NCBI GenBank assembly: GCA_025201805.1
Contig: MU619259.1
Coordinates: 253,109 to 317,108 of the forward strand
DNA from: Parasitella parasitica NRRL 2501
Taxonomy: Eukaryota > Fungi > Mucoromycota
DNA: 64,000 nt
Direction of reading: 5' to 3'
The notes beneath the pieces are model-generated. The model was not told the DNA's origin, made no database searches, and saw nothing but the letters and a program-made list of their open reading frames with translations. Below are positions 37,535 to 51,734 of the stretch, one piece after another. Every line of letters starts with the position of its first letter. Position 1 is the stretch's first letter. A program made the position numbers and the translations under genes.

Positions 37535-39545
37535 AAATTACAATTATAATCAAGTTTGGGGTTCTTTATTATAAAAGTATACTGAGGTTTTATCTAGAGA
37601 AAAACATCTTAGTATTTATAGGATTTGAATTGTTGTATATCAGTTCTCATGAATGAAGCATTGATCCTAGAGTCAATGCGTTAATTTGTCGTTGTTTAAT
37701 TTTAGGTTTTAAGGAGAAGCAAATTATGCTGAATGCTTTCACCATTGATGGAGATTTGCGTAACATTGGTTGGCCGTGTTAGGATGGCTATCGTCATATT
37801 TTAGTTATTCTGTTAAAGATATCCTTATCTAGAATGATGGGAAAAACTCATTGAATGACGAGCTGCCATAATTGATATCTTTGTCATTATTATTCTTATT
37901 CTGAATGTCTATTGTGTAAGGGAAATCACTTTGATCAGGAGTGTTTTCCTTCACACGACATTCATTGATAAGGTCTTAAATTGTATTTGTAATTCGATTT
38001 GATTTATATGACTTGATATGTTATTTGAACTCGAATGGCACGAATTGACTATGCGTGACATTTGAGTCTTATTTTTTTTTAGATACTTGCTTTTAGTTAT
38101 ACCATTCCATTGCAACAGCATATGGTCCTATAATAAGTACAAAGTTTTGCAACTAAACCAAGTTTAAGTTCCTAAGTAAAGTAATAAAGCACATTTTGGT
38201 AAACGTACTCGTATAAAACATGTCGTACATGATCTCTGCAATAAAATTGGGATCAATTTTATGTGAAAATAAAAAAAATAAAAAAAATAAAGCCAGAGAA
38301 ATACAATTATAGTCTTTCCACCTTTATTTTCGATTAAAAGAAAACTGAAGAAAAGATACATGCTCTTTAAGAGAGCTTGTATTTATACTACTTGTGAAAT
38401 TGCCTCACTACAGTGAGAATGCTTATTTTACAGCTTATTTGAAGAATGACTTTTTTTGAGACATTCTCTCACTTGTATTGTAGTTGAGATTTCGATATGT
38501 TGGTATTGAAATTGATACTATGGTTTTGGGCAGGCTTGTAATATTTGAGGATCCTGATTATTTCTAATGCGACTGAGCTTTCCTTATTGTGTAATAAACA
38601 AGCCATTTCTGGCATCTAGAATTATTGCAATTGTTTTAACAATTGCATTGTTTATACATGTTTAGAATTTATTTATTTGTAATTATGAGTAGCGTCGTTG
38701 TTCAACATTAGCATGTGCCAGGGTTGTAGGAGATTGTACTTTGATCAGGAGTGCAAGCCTCTACCAACACTTGTTAATGTTTACTTGTGCTTTTCATGTA
38801 TTTCTTTCTTGAATGGATCAGTCATGATCCATCTGGATTTTATTTTAATGTAATTGTGGTGCCATATAATAGGTGCCATTTCATTACAATCTTGAATTCG
38901 ACAAGCTTGGGCCAATTTTGTCTTTTTACTTCAAACTTTGTCCGTCTGTTTCTCTAAAAGCTACTATGACATTTTGGCTTGAGTGATTATTAAAATTTTT
39001 TTAAAACTTAATTATCTATTAGACGTATTAGGTTTTAGATAGATATGTCGAAAAAAATATTTTTTCGGATGTTTTTAGCAGAGGCTTCATTTATTTTCAC
39101 AATTTTCAGAGCAATAAATAGTATTTAAAGATACATGATATAGCAATATACAAATAGAGCTACAACACAGCTACGAAATGGTTTTTGTTTGGTCAAAAAA
39201 TACCAATTTTTGAGCGAGAAAATCTCGATAAACGGAATTGATTTTTACCTTTTTGAATGGCTTCATTTTGGCCCTCTAAACATAGGGCCGGAAAATCGTG
39301 ATTTTTGGCAGATATAATAGAGCTACAGTTGTGAACAAGGTATTGTTGCGTAGGTATTGACATAATGGTTTGTTTGGTCAATTTTATAGAGCTGAATGTG
39401 CTCAAAATATGCTTGATTTTACTCAAAAACTATCAAAAAGGGCGTTTTTTGAATATTTAAAAATCGGTAATAAGAAAAGATCTTGCGATAGCCTTGTAAT
39501 CTATATGGTTAGATGCAGAATTTAATTTTTGTTATAAAACATTAA
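36950..39545. repeat. Fragmented copy of the 20240-22260 repeat with other insertions
   Basis: 36950-37480 ~ 20520-21040; 38130-38230 ~ 21060-21150; 38895-39545 ~ 21160-21830. Confidence 0.75.
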
Positions 39546-41446
39546 CACTATGGCCTCCTGGATGTTCTCGGTAAACATAAATGTGCTCAAATGGGAACAT
39601 TATTAGGGTCATGGGAGTATTTATGTGCTTGTGAGAACTTAAAATAATTTTGCCACAGAATGTGCGCTTATAAAAAAAAAGTTGAGATAGCTCATTTTTA
39701 ATGATATAATATTATTTCTGAGACATTTCGGTTTTTTTTGTGCTGGTAGTAGTAACATTTGCTACCAAATATTCGTTGAAATATTGCATTCCAAAGATCG
39801 CATCTGTTTTGAGTAAATGTTTGTTTATGCTCTCACGATCATACAAATGTTCATCTGAATGAAAGCAAAAAGTGACGAAGAAATACCTGTTTCTAACCAA
39901 AGTGTTGTTCAAGATGTTGAAGAAGACGCTGATGGTAATGATGCTAGCACCAGTAGCAATATACTTGAATAAAGTATATATTTTGTTTGTACATGTTTGC
40001 TTTCAAATGTTGGGATGACCTCTTGTAGCGGTGTTTTTCCATTGGCTTCTTTCTGCATGCTTAATTAGCCCAAAACATTGCATATTATTGTGATGACCGA
40101 ATGCATATTTTAGCTTATTTGTTAGCTCTCCTTGGCCTTTTTCTTTTGTTTTATCTATCNNNNNNNNNNNNNNNNNNNNNNNNNNNNNNNNNNNNNNNNN
40201 NNNNNNNNNNNNNNNNNNNNNNNNNNNNNNNNNNNNNNNNNNNNNNNNNNNNNNNNNNNNNNNNNNNNNNNNNNNNNNNNNNNNNNNNNNNNNNNNNNNN
40301 NNNNNNNNNNNNNNNNNNNNNNNNNNNNNNNNNNNNNNNNNNNNNNNNNNNNNNNNNNNNNNNNACGCAACATATTTTGTATATTGCTATTATCATGGTA
40401 TGTTTTCGAGTTTATTCTAACAAACTATTATTAATCCTTTTGTCAATAATATATAGAGGCTCTGCTCAGTTTAATATTTCATATGAGAGCATGGTATTGC
40501 TATGTGCATTAAATTGTTTGTAGCAACAACTAAGTGACTGACTACTTTTACTGCTGAATATAGGCAATAGCTAAAGATGATGCTATGTATGAATTTTTTT
40601 TTTGCATTATACGTCGTTTGGGTGTCAATGTCAAGTTAGTTTTGAATACTTTTTGGCTTGCTTCTTTTGCTTTATTAATATACACCAAAATTAGATTTCT
40701 TCTATTATTTAGGCATGCCACAGGTATAATTTTGTGCCCAGCATATGAACATATACGATAATATGAGAGGTTTGTTGCTCATTTTTGCCCTGGATTCTAG
40801 AAGTTATGAAGCTAAACCTTGTTACTTTTTTTCAAGATGCTGCCTCCTTGCTTCTTTTTTCGAGTATTATATATGATCTAGTGTATCATCTCTTTTCACA
40901 ATTAATGTAGGTGGTTATTTGTTATTGTCGTCAACAAAATTTATTATACTCATGCACTTTTCTTGTATATAGCAAATACCTCAGCGGCTGCTTCAATTTC
41001 AAATCGGGTAATAGCTAACCTTGCACTGTTTTCCATAATTGCCTGTGTGAACCAAAGGCTACATAATCAAGACAATATTGTATGTAACAATATGAAATAA
41101 AAGCAATAATAAATTACTGGTCCATACTACAAAAATTCAGAAATAAATAAAAGCTACAGCTACATTTTTATACTCAAATTTTACTTTTTTGAGTGTACGG
41201 GCACATTTTTGCTTCATGAGCACATTTTTTCAAGCCTTTTGAGCGTAATTTTAAGCCTACGAAACTAGTAATTTATGTGCTCATTTAAGCATAAAAATGT
41301 GATCATTTAAGATGTTTCAATTTTTGTTCTCGCATGAGCACATTTATCGCCTTAACCTAGCTCGATAAGCACTTTTTTTGGCTCTAAAAAATGTTCCCGT
41401 TCACGCACATCTATATTCTTATGAGAACATCGGCGAGGCCATAGTG
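39546..41446. mobile_element. Non-autonomous/degenerate TIR transposon with CACTATGGCC termini (CACTA/Transib-like)
   Basis: ~70-bp imperfect TIRs CACTATGGCCTCCTGGATGTTCTC... / ...GAGAACATCGGCGAGGCCATAGTG. It interrupts the host repeat, which resumes at 41447 (AAAACATT|...|ATTTAGTACGCA). Confidence 0.8.
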
Positions 41447-42650
41447 TATTTAGTACGCATATCTGGTATACTTATTGCGTTTATAAGATATCTAGCAATG
41501 AACTATGCGAAAAAAGCTCGAAATTGGTTTGGGTCAAATGAAAACATATTGCTGAGATTCAATCTGCTGCCTTTTTAATTTGTTGTTGTAAATGAGTGCA
41601 ATACCTATTTTCGATTGAAGAGCAGAGCATGATTCTAATAATAGGTACCTTGCGCATGTCTCATCAATACGAATTGATAGCTATGATACTGCATGATAGG
41701 AAGTCAAAAACCAATTTTATACACCTTCATTTTTGGAAGAAATAAATACCGCCAGATCAGAGATATAACCCTTTTCCAGGCTTAAAAATATAATTTTCAA
41801 TTACTGTGATGTGTCAATTTCACAACTGGAAGTCAAACAACTCAAGTAAACTCAATCCTGAACGCAATTCAGGAACATATCCCAATGGATCATGTTCCTT
41901 ATTTATAACTCAACATGACATGTTAATGGGCAATAGATGTTGTGCCAGAAAGGCATGAGATTAAGCAATTATTAGATTGGTAATTCTTTGTATACAATGA
42001 CAAGGAATAAGCTATTAATGTACAGTAGAACATGTAATAAACTTGGTATTACATACCAAGTTCAATGTTTAACCATGATGACAAATAGTGTTACAATAGA
42101 TATAATCTAGTATAAAAAGATGGCATTTTCTTATCAATAAAGTCATTAGTTTTTGTGTCTGATTTTATTTCTATAAAGTTATAAATTTTTTTGAGCAGAT
42201 CATATTTATATATCCTCTGCGCATAACAATAGACTCAATATATCGTTCCATTCTCTAAATCACACCATGTCTCACACTTGTATCTTATTCTCCTCCCATC
42301 AGTCCACTTAGATTCACTAGTATATAAACAATCATTTTTTCCATGTAATAAACGAGATCTTTACCTGATTAATTCACAACTGTTTTATTTAAATAATTTC
42401 TCATTCTGATAAATCATATTATTCAAATTTGCTTTTTTGTTTGGACGCCACACCTCATATTCGATTTTCAATTTTCAAATTTAGGGTAACCTTCAGGATC
42501 ATTTTGAGGTATGGATTTGGGGTCCACCAAAAAAAGTATACATTCCAGTTCTAGTACAATAGCTGTATCTCAACCACGCTTTCCGAATTCCAATGTCTAT
42601 CTTAGTTGTAGATATAACGCCAAAACAAAATTTTGCTGATTTTATAGCAA
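41447..42650. repeat. Continuation of the dispersed repeat plus degenerate element fragments
   Basis: 41476-41800 nearly identical to 63650-64000 (inverted); 41805-41898 ~ 63470-63560 and 42255-42375 ~ 62830-62950 (inverted); 42430-42650 ~ 20830-21040. Confidence 0.75.
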
Positions 42651-44016
42651 GTTATATGGAGGATGATTGATCAAGTCTTACTTCTATAAAAGTCTCTAGT
42701 TGTGCATTTAGAGCTTTATTCATAAAGTCTTTAATTACCACGTTAGAATAAAAAATTTGCACAACGTTTTGCTGTGCGCTTTATATTGGGAAAACGGAGA
42801 TGTGGTCTTCCACACATAAAGAGAATACACTCCAAATTATACGGGAAAAGATGTTCTCTATAAAAAGATTATATGTAATTGCAACGATTATTGCTTTGTC
42901 AAACTCATATTAAGGAACAGTTTGATCTGTGTCAATAGAGGTACAGAAAGCGTTTGGTATGTATTAGTTTAACGCGACCTAAAAAAATTCTTCTTGTGAT
43001 TACAGATATATTTTGTTGTTTTTGCTTCACTCGTTCAATGAACTACTGAGCAAATATTCAGTTAGAGTTTAAAAAAGACATAGTTAACAACCTGGAGAAT
43101 ACTGCATATTGCCTATTAGCTTTAGAAGCATGTCATCTACAACCTTTGTTGATGCATTGAAGTATAAAAAATCGGACAATTTGGCCTAAAAAACAAAATT
43201 TGGGTTTTTCTGTTTAATCCTTTAATTTTTCAATACAATTTAATTTAACTTTGCATATTAATATAGAGCACCAGTTTCTGTTTTAGTTTGTTGTATTATG
43301 CTTGGAGACTTTGTGACAAATCTGGCATCAAATATGCAATCAAAAAGCTTACATAAAATGATTTTTTTGACAAACTGAGCGATTTTAGCTTGCTTTTTTA
43401 AATTCAGTTGCGTGCTCATATATATCAATCAAAGGCTTTGGAGGTATAGCTGGTGTAACCAAACCATGCCATATCAGCATGGAATTATCTCTCTTTTCAG
43501 AAATTAGCACTAAAAGATATATCAGAATATCTACATTTTGAATACAATACCAATGAAAAGTACAACATACCTTAAAACCATAATATCTTTAAAGTGATGC
43601 TGCTGTAAGTCGCAGATTTCTCAATTTCGCTTGTTTGTATTGAGCAGTGTACAGAAACGAGATAGAACCCAGGTGTCAATTATAATACACCATTCGAATG
43701 ATACAAATTTAAACTTGGCTGTCATAACTAAAAGTCTGGGGAAGAACTATGAGGCTTAACATAACTGTTTTTCCCATTTTGTCCTCTTTTTGTCAAGACT
43801 TTAAACTGAAATAACTTTTCATCCAAGCAACTAATTTTTAAAACATAAAAAGCATCATATTCCAGAAAATCAAGTCTATCTTTTCATTTAGCTTTGGTGC
43901 ACCATATTATAGTTTTTCCCTTAGTTTTTTCACTAAATATTGTTTAGTGTATTGCATGCATTTACTGTTTACGCAAAAATAATGGTCACAGGCGTATTAA
44001 AAAATTGGCTATGCCT

Positions 44017-44017
<1 letters not shown>

Positions 44018-44069
<52 letters not shown>
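44018..44069. repeat. Poly(T) tract of about 50 nt
   Basis: Direct reading. Confidence 0.9.
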
Positions 44070-44073
<4 letters not shown>

Positions 44074-45429
44074 CTACTCTACTTCTATTACGCTATTACG
44101 TTGCTATTATATACTCTTATACTTGATTATCTACAATTCAAACGCTTGCAATTTGTGTTCATTATTGCTTTACCTCTTTGATTCTGGGTAAAGTCGATTT
44201 TTTTTGTTAAAAAAGTGAATATTACCCACATTTTTTAAAACGCCAGAACTAACACTCTCTTACGCGTTGTTTATAGTACCTATCACAAGAAAACAATATA
44301 CAGGATGGCATGTTTCTAGTGCAGTAGTTTATTCAGGTATTATCATTTATTATGTTTCTGCAAGAGCTTTTTTACTAACTGAAAAATCTTTTCTGTTCTA
44401 CATTTGTAGGTTTGGTTCTCTCTTCATGTCAAGTGGATGGCCTATCACTGAAACTTGACATTAGGTCTTTATCCGGGTCATACAGGAGCATGTAGGCTGT
44501 TTCTACTCATCGGCTGTGCTTACCCTAGCAGTTCATGAGATGGGCCATTTTATTCGAAGCTGTGAAGTGTGGTAAGGCATTTTTCGGCTATTTAGGGTGG
44601 GGTATTTATTGTAAATCTACCAATTTCTATTTTTGGTCGAATTTCAAACCCCGCTAACAACAAAACAGGGGGAAACCCTGTTTTTTTGTTTTTAGGATTT
44701 TGGTGTTGACTTAGCCAATTAAATTGCGCGATTCATAAATTTTCTGCACTTCTTTTTGTGTATTTTAATACATTTTACGAGAAAAATAAAGAATTGAAAA
44801 CATAATAAACACAACTAAAAAACACATCATAATATTCCCACTTTATTTGTACATAGACAATCAGCATGCCAGGATTCATATTGAAACGTAAAGCTGGTGA
44901 ACAACAAACATACAATGTAGTTTTTTTCATTCGTTATTCATGTAATAACACTTTCATTTATCCCATCATCTTGCAATGTTATCATTCTTTGATCTGTCAT
45001 TATTATAGATAGGATATCATGGGGATATATAAGATAATCAAATAGAAGCTGAAAGGTCAAATCTTACCAATAATGACGAGCCGTATTAACAGCAGGGCAT
45101 CACAATGCGACATCAAATGATTATCAGTACCATCAGTCTACACCTGGGTTCGAACTATTGACCGTCCATTTGGCAAGGAAACGATCTAACCAACCACCAA
45201 GGCCATTCGGCAACTTTTATCATCAAAAGCACCGGATAGATAATGACTCCACCAGATACTACCTCCATTTTTTATTAGTTAACTAAAAGACCGTAGGATT
45301 TTAGTTTAATAGACAATAAATTAATCTACCAAGTGTTGACTGGATACATCATACAGTAGCCTGTGATCATGGACTTTAGAGTCTACTTTTACATGATAGA
45401 TTTTATTTACAAGACTTTTATTATTTCTA

Positions 45430-45670
45430 CTAGACAAGGTCATCGTCTTCGTTTTCTTCTGCAGCATCTTCAATGACAACTGCAGTAGTATCGCTCATAA
45501 TTAGATATTCAAATCTCATGCAGGCATCAGATGCAGTTTGCTTATTCAATAATTTCCCGTGCTTGAAATAACGTAGCTGATTCCAGTCGATAATTCCATT
45601 CACATCTATGTCTTTTGTAACATCTCGAGCTTTTCTTTTACTATTTGGATTGAATTCACGAATCTCACTA

Positions 45671-45713
<43 letters not shown>

Positions 45714-48700
45714 AAGGGGGCGTTTAGTTTGGATGTGTTACGTAAAAAGAATACATACTCGTCAGGAATGTCATAGAGTTCAACAAGCAGGTTTTTCATA
45801 TACATCAAGATGCACATTGCCAATGCTAGTTTTGCTGCTAAAGTAAGATCGTCATCCAGATTATTTTCTCTTTCTTTCTGTTCTTCTCCTTCCTCGTTTT
45901 CTTCCGATAGAGCATCTTGAACAGTTATTATGGCTTGCTTTTTTAGAAAATGAACATAGGACAGTAAATCGGCGCCCAAGGTCATTAAAATGCGGTCCAT
46001 TATATAGACCATATGGAGAACTTCTTCTGTAGTAGATAAATCCACTGAAATAGCATTCTCTGCAAGATATCTGAGATAATCCAGATCAATCTCATCGATT
46101 GTAGTGGTTTTCAAGTCAAAGCTGAAAGGTTTCACCAACGCAGCTAAAAAGTCAAATCGAGGTTTCTTTTTGTCCCTCAACACAGAGAAACTAACACCTA
46201 ATACAGCGTCCATCTTGGCATCTCCCCCTCTTCTACCATAGCCTAGGTGAAAGGAGTCAGTATAGTTACTAGATGCAATTAACTCATTTTGATTACCTTG
46301 AGCATTACTGCCATACAAAAGCTTTTGGTATTGAAAAGATGTAGATAGGTATTCATTCATTTGGCTATACATCAGATTACCATATTTATCATGTGCGTAT
46401 TTATGCAAGTAAAAGGCCTTGTTGCGTAGAATGATATCAGGGCTAGTTTCCGCTGCCACAATAGCAGCCATACAAAGCACTGGATGTGCCAAGCCTTGGT
46501 GTACGATAGCCGAAACCACTTCAAAGGCTGCATATCGCAGATCTTGTGATTCTGATAAAGCGCATTTCAAAACTTTACGTAAATATCTCTGCATCAACGA
46601 CCCGTTTACACCCAATTCAGCATACTCTTCAGTGTTTCCCAGCAAAGTGTCAATGTCAATATTTTTGCCGTACATGCTTGAGCCATTGCTTCCTTCCCGT
46701 TTACCAATACGCTTTTCTTCTGCAGAGAGGAACTCTTGATAGACATGCATTAGTTGCGTTTTCAGTTCGATCGTGCCTTCTGCAAATATCTTGTCCATGA
46801 GTGAGGTGCTAGTAGCTGCAATCATGTATGTTGGATGGGAGGCGAAAAAGTACCCTAGGCCCTGCAGTGCAGTCATGCGCATCGATATGCCTTGATCGCC
46901 CAAATCGTCCATAAACTCTCCAGTAAAAAATTGGAGCACGTCAAATACAAGTGTGCAAATGTCTCCCTTGTAGACTAAATTTAGTGCTTCCATCTCTACA
47001 GGCTTTTGTTCTCTTTTTCTGTTAAATTCAAAATTCTGACACAGCAAACCACACATCAATATCATTTTTAATACGCCAGCAAACGAAGAATTCTCTGATA
47101 CTTGTCCATTTGAAATCATTTCTTGAACATTTCGAAGTTTAGCTAGTAATATTGCGAACAATTAGTTATTAATCTCATCACTAGAGTGCAGTAGATTGCG
47201 CTGCTTACAAACACAGGAGCCGAGCATCTTTATGAGGATGTTGTAGCGATGTGAAATAGCGTCAACAATGACACACAAACAAGATATACCATCGGTGATC
47301 AAGTCTAATGGGCAGCGACCAAGTAACTGCATCAAAACTCTTTCCACAGTTGAGATAAAGTCGGGATCATGGTATTTCATTTGAGGAAGCACATCTCTAT
47401 AGATACTAAGCACATACCGAGCCATTAACCAATCCGCCTATCGATATTAATGTAAAAATCATGCATTTCTTCTAGAAAATTTTACTACTTACATCTTCCC
47501 TCACACTTAGGTAGGGTTGTAACAAGGATATATGTGATTCGCGAAGTAAACTGGGGCAAGATTTTGTGAAAGAATAAACGGTAGCAAGACAATTGATAAA
47601 TTCAGCCGAGTTATCTTGCTCTTCAAGTACGATCATGCGATCAAATAGAGAATCTACAATCCATTGAAACACTTTTTCATACCAAATCAAGGACTTTTCG
47701 TCCGCTCCATCAACAGTCTATGTACACGGGGAGGAATATGTTAGTTGTGCTATATGATTTTTAATACTGTGGAAGCGACACATACTTTTTGAATAATCTG
47801 CGATAATGCTATATTTTGCGCAGAGATGGAAGAATCTAATTTTGACACCGCACCGGTAATGACAAGTGTTAGCTCTGTGATTTTTCGTTTACGCTCTTTT
47901 GGCGAATTGGCGTAAGAGTAACCAAAGTAGTCATTTCCATCTTTTTCAATTTCTTTGAAGGGTAAGAACAGGATCTCTTGAGTCGCTTTTAAAGAGAGCT
48001 GGCTAATGGTAATTTCGTTATCGCCAATCCTGAGAATAAGCTTGGACGCAACATCAATCTTGATTTCACGATCTGTTAACTTGAAGTATAATTCTCGCAG
48101 AAGTTTGACAAGACGCTTGCGAACTGAAACAGCAGTATCCTATATATGTATTGACAGGTTTTTGCTTAATTGATGCATTGCAATGGTGCAGGTAGTTCTT
48201 ACCATAATTCTAGCACTGAGAACATCATATAGTTGCATAGGAACATGATTCAAGCGACCCAAGTATCTAGCAACAACATCAACAGCAGCATCTCTTACAG
48301 AGGGCGAAGCATCATGGATACGTTGAACAACGGAAGCGCGAATGCGATTCTTTTGATGGAGATTTGCACAAGAAAAAGATGCATTGGATCAGTAAAATGC
48401 TACCGTAGATAAAATTAACACACTTACATCCTCCATAATCTCGGGTACCTCAGAAGCAATTTTGCCTATTGCCTTCAATGCTTTTGTTCTGTAAACAACA
48501 GCATCCTTATCCAAACAAAGTAAAATCTCTGATAAAATGAAATTAAAGCTTGTGTATAAAGTTTGCCTTGATGACAGCAGTTCAGTAAGCAACGAGTAAT
48601 CTGATCTTGACATCTCAGGGAAGTCGAATTGCTTGGTTTCTGTGGTAGGAAATGGGTAATCTATGCCCAAGCACGATAGCCAATAGTATTTACAAGTGTC

Positions 48701-51586
48701 TCCAAGGAGTAAGGCATTTTCTTTGGGCCATCTAGTTTCCTCATCTATTGTTACGTCCATAGTATTATTTTCAGGCGCATCCGTAACGGTGCTGGTTGTT
48801 GCTTCTACCGTATCTGTCATGAGGGTATCTTCTTCAAAGTCGTCAAGATCATCTTTGCTCGTTTTTTCGGTTTCTTTTGCTGTTGTGGCAGAAGTAGCAG
48901 TATCATCTGTCTTTTTTGTTTGCCCAGCACGTTTCTTTTGCTTGATTTCCCAGCCTTTATTCGCTTTTGTCCAAACAACAGATTCAATAAATCCCCAATT
49001 GCATAAATAAAACTGAATGACATTCTGACTAACTTTTTCTCCAACAACGTGGTCCAAAAGTTTCTTTCGACACTGATCCAACAATGCCAGAGAACTGATG
49101 GGAGTGTCTTTATCTACTTTGACGCCAAGTGATTCATTTAACTGACAAATCCATTCAGGGGTATATGATTTGACATCACCGGACAATCTGTTGTAGCCGG
49201 TCTTGATTCTGCACGATATGATGCCTAACCACTCAATTGCTAAAGACTTCAAATATTGATCTGATCGATCTTCATTTAACAGAGACATCTATATAGAAGT
49301 TATCGGTTAGACTATACACGCACACACACACACACTAACCGGCTGGATATGTCTACTTACAAGAATACGACTGAACACTCGAACGATGTGCTCCGCAACA
49401 GGCCATTCAGGGTCATTGAAGACTGTCATAATATCTTGCAGCGTTTGGGCTAGAATCAATCTGTATTCTGCAAGCGAATAGGCGTCCATCTTCCTTGACT
49501 TGCACCTGCGAGATGAAAAAAAAAAATTCCATCCCGCACCAACGATAATGAGTTACGACTGTATCAATGAGTTACTTTGTTGGATTGCTTCCTTACTTTG
49601 ACATGAGAAACTCGAGAAAGAACGAAGCGCTATTAGCCGCGGCTTCAGCGCCCAGTCTCCAAGCCTCTGCGGCACGACTGATTAGCTTGTCATCTAGCAA
49701 CTTTATCTGGTCCACATTTTTTTTCTTTGCCATCTTTTGATACTTGATATACCATTTGCTGTACCAGCCCTTATGACTTGCGTAATTGCTTACCGAAGAA
49801 CAGCATTGAACCAGCTGCATAAATAAAGCACTAATAACGTGGATTGATCTATTGTCACGTAATCGGTACTTTCTAACTCCATCCATTACTGTCAGTGACC
49901 CCAGGCTAGTCAAAATCTCTTCGAATATCCATCTCCTGTGTTTGGGGTATCTGCTAAAAATATGCTTCAAAATATCCAAGGCACAAAACTTGAGCTGCTC
50001 ATAAGGACTGAAAGTTGTTTCTTGGTTGTAGTTTGCTAGCAATATCGATTGACTGGATTCCGAGAAATCGTGAAAAAATGGCGCCATGCTGATGTAAGCA
50101 GTGATAACCAACACATCGTCGTCCAACTCCTCTGCAAGAATGAGTGTGAATGCCCGTCGAAAGAATCGTATAACCAGCGGAATGAATGTTGAAATCAAAT
50201 GTTTTTGCTTTGGCGATTCTGCAATCAGGTTCATAAAGTCACGAGTATTTGAAGCTACTATATGAGTTGTTAGTACATGTCTAAAAGCTCGGCTATATTA
50301 CATGATCTTACAGGAGACTGCTTCGTCTTCGAAACTGTTGGCATCTATTATGGGGTATATAGTGTAATCCAGCTGATTTTTGATAAAGTGTAGACAATTT
50401 GTGATGAGATTTTGAGACAGGAACTTTTTGTCCAGTTTGCAAGTTGTCAATATTTCGAATATCATGGAGCAGGTTTCCAGTGCATCGCTTATCAGTGCCA
50501 GCATGTCAAATGTAGATTCCCTATTTTCAGCAGGGTTTTTGGCATAATGCTCGATAATATCCACATCCGTAGCCGCAATGATGCCATTTTCCATCAGTTT
50601 GATCACTCTCCCGGCATTGTCCATGTCCAAACAATCCAAGTTTTTGTGGTTTTTGATAACATTTGCCGCCAGAGAAGTGAATTTTCTTATGACGCTGATG
50701 TCCAATGTTGGTAGATCATCCGTATTCCGAAATGTCAGCAAAGAATCTTTGACTTTGATCTTGTCGACATTGTACTGATCCAAGTCTTGGCTAATACAAG
50801 AAATGTAGTGACCAAGGCGACTTGTGCTTACTAGAAAAGAAAATCGTTAATGGTTTAATGTCTACACTATTACCACGCTTGTAACTCACAATCAGTGTAT
50901 TGGCCTTCCTGAGATGGATTGAGAGACATGGGCGCCTTAAATCCATTGGAGGATGGCGGTGGAGGCAGTGGTGCCATTGGGGCTTTAAATTCATTGAGGG
51001 CAGGGGGACCCATAGATGCAGGTGTCTTGAATTGGGTGGAAACTTGTACTGGAAATGGAGCTTTGAACTCGTTTGATGGTGTGGTAGAAATAGATTTAAC
51101 AGGCAGTGGCGCTTTGAATTCCGGTGCTGATGGAAGTGAGGGCTTCTGATCTATCTTTGCTTCCTCAGGCGCTCTTCTAGATGGCCTGCGTATTACAACT
51201 CTTGGCTCGTTTTTTCTAACTAAAGCTTCTGTGGATTGCACAGTAGATTGCACACCAAGATTTATTCTTGGTAGAGGCCTAATTCTTGTCCTTTGCGACA
51301 GATTGTACACACTTCTGGGTGATTCATACTGCTCTTTGGTATCTAGCTTCAGCTTCTTTGGAGGTATCTCGGGTGGCGTCTGTTTCTTGGCTGCTTTTCG
51401 CATGTTTAATGGGATATCATCCTCTTCGTCTTCGTCTTCGTTGCTACTGCTGCTGCTGCTGCTACTGCTGTCATCCTCGATAATTCTTTTAGGTCTTCGT
51501 CTAGATTTAGGTACAATGATAATGTCATCCGGATCGATATCATTGTCTAGTTTCTCGGGATGCATAGCTGTAGCGTCTGTATCCAT
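45430..51586 (-). CDS. SCC2: Cohesin loader Scc2/NIPBL (multi-exon)
   Basis: IFSRYPKHRRWIFEEILTSL; SIHVISALFMQLVQ; NDPEWPVAE; RTKALKAI; DASPSVRDAAV; SVRKRLVKLLR; LMQRYL; HQGLAHP...IVAAETSP (Nipped-B_C). Confidence 0.92.
45675..45708. repeat. (GA)n microsatellite in the last SCC2 intron
   Basis: Direct reading. Confidence 0.85.
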
Positions 51587-51734
51587 ACTTTTTCTGCTGT
51601 CGGTTGGGTTAAAAAAAAAATGAAACGCGATGTCCACTTCTTTCCGTTTTTATATTGAAGCGCGATAACAAAAAACAGAGGAGCTGGAAACACACGCGTT
51701 AAGGAAGAGACATTTATTACACATAATACTAGGT

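Noticed and set aside
40101-40523. ORFs across the N run
   Set aside because: Artefacts of the assembly gap.
43371-43381. CAAACTGAGCG as a third tRNA-derived TSD
   Set aside because: Only 8 nt match and no adjacent LINE 3' end.
43940-44191. Poly-Phe ORF
   Set aside because: Translation of a poly(T) tract.
44990-45400. Possible retroelement coding remnant
   Set aside because: Composition looks coding-like, but there is no ORF or motif I can assign.
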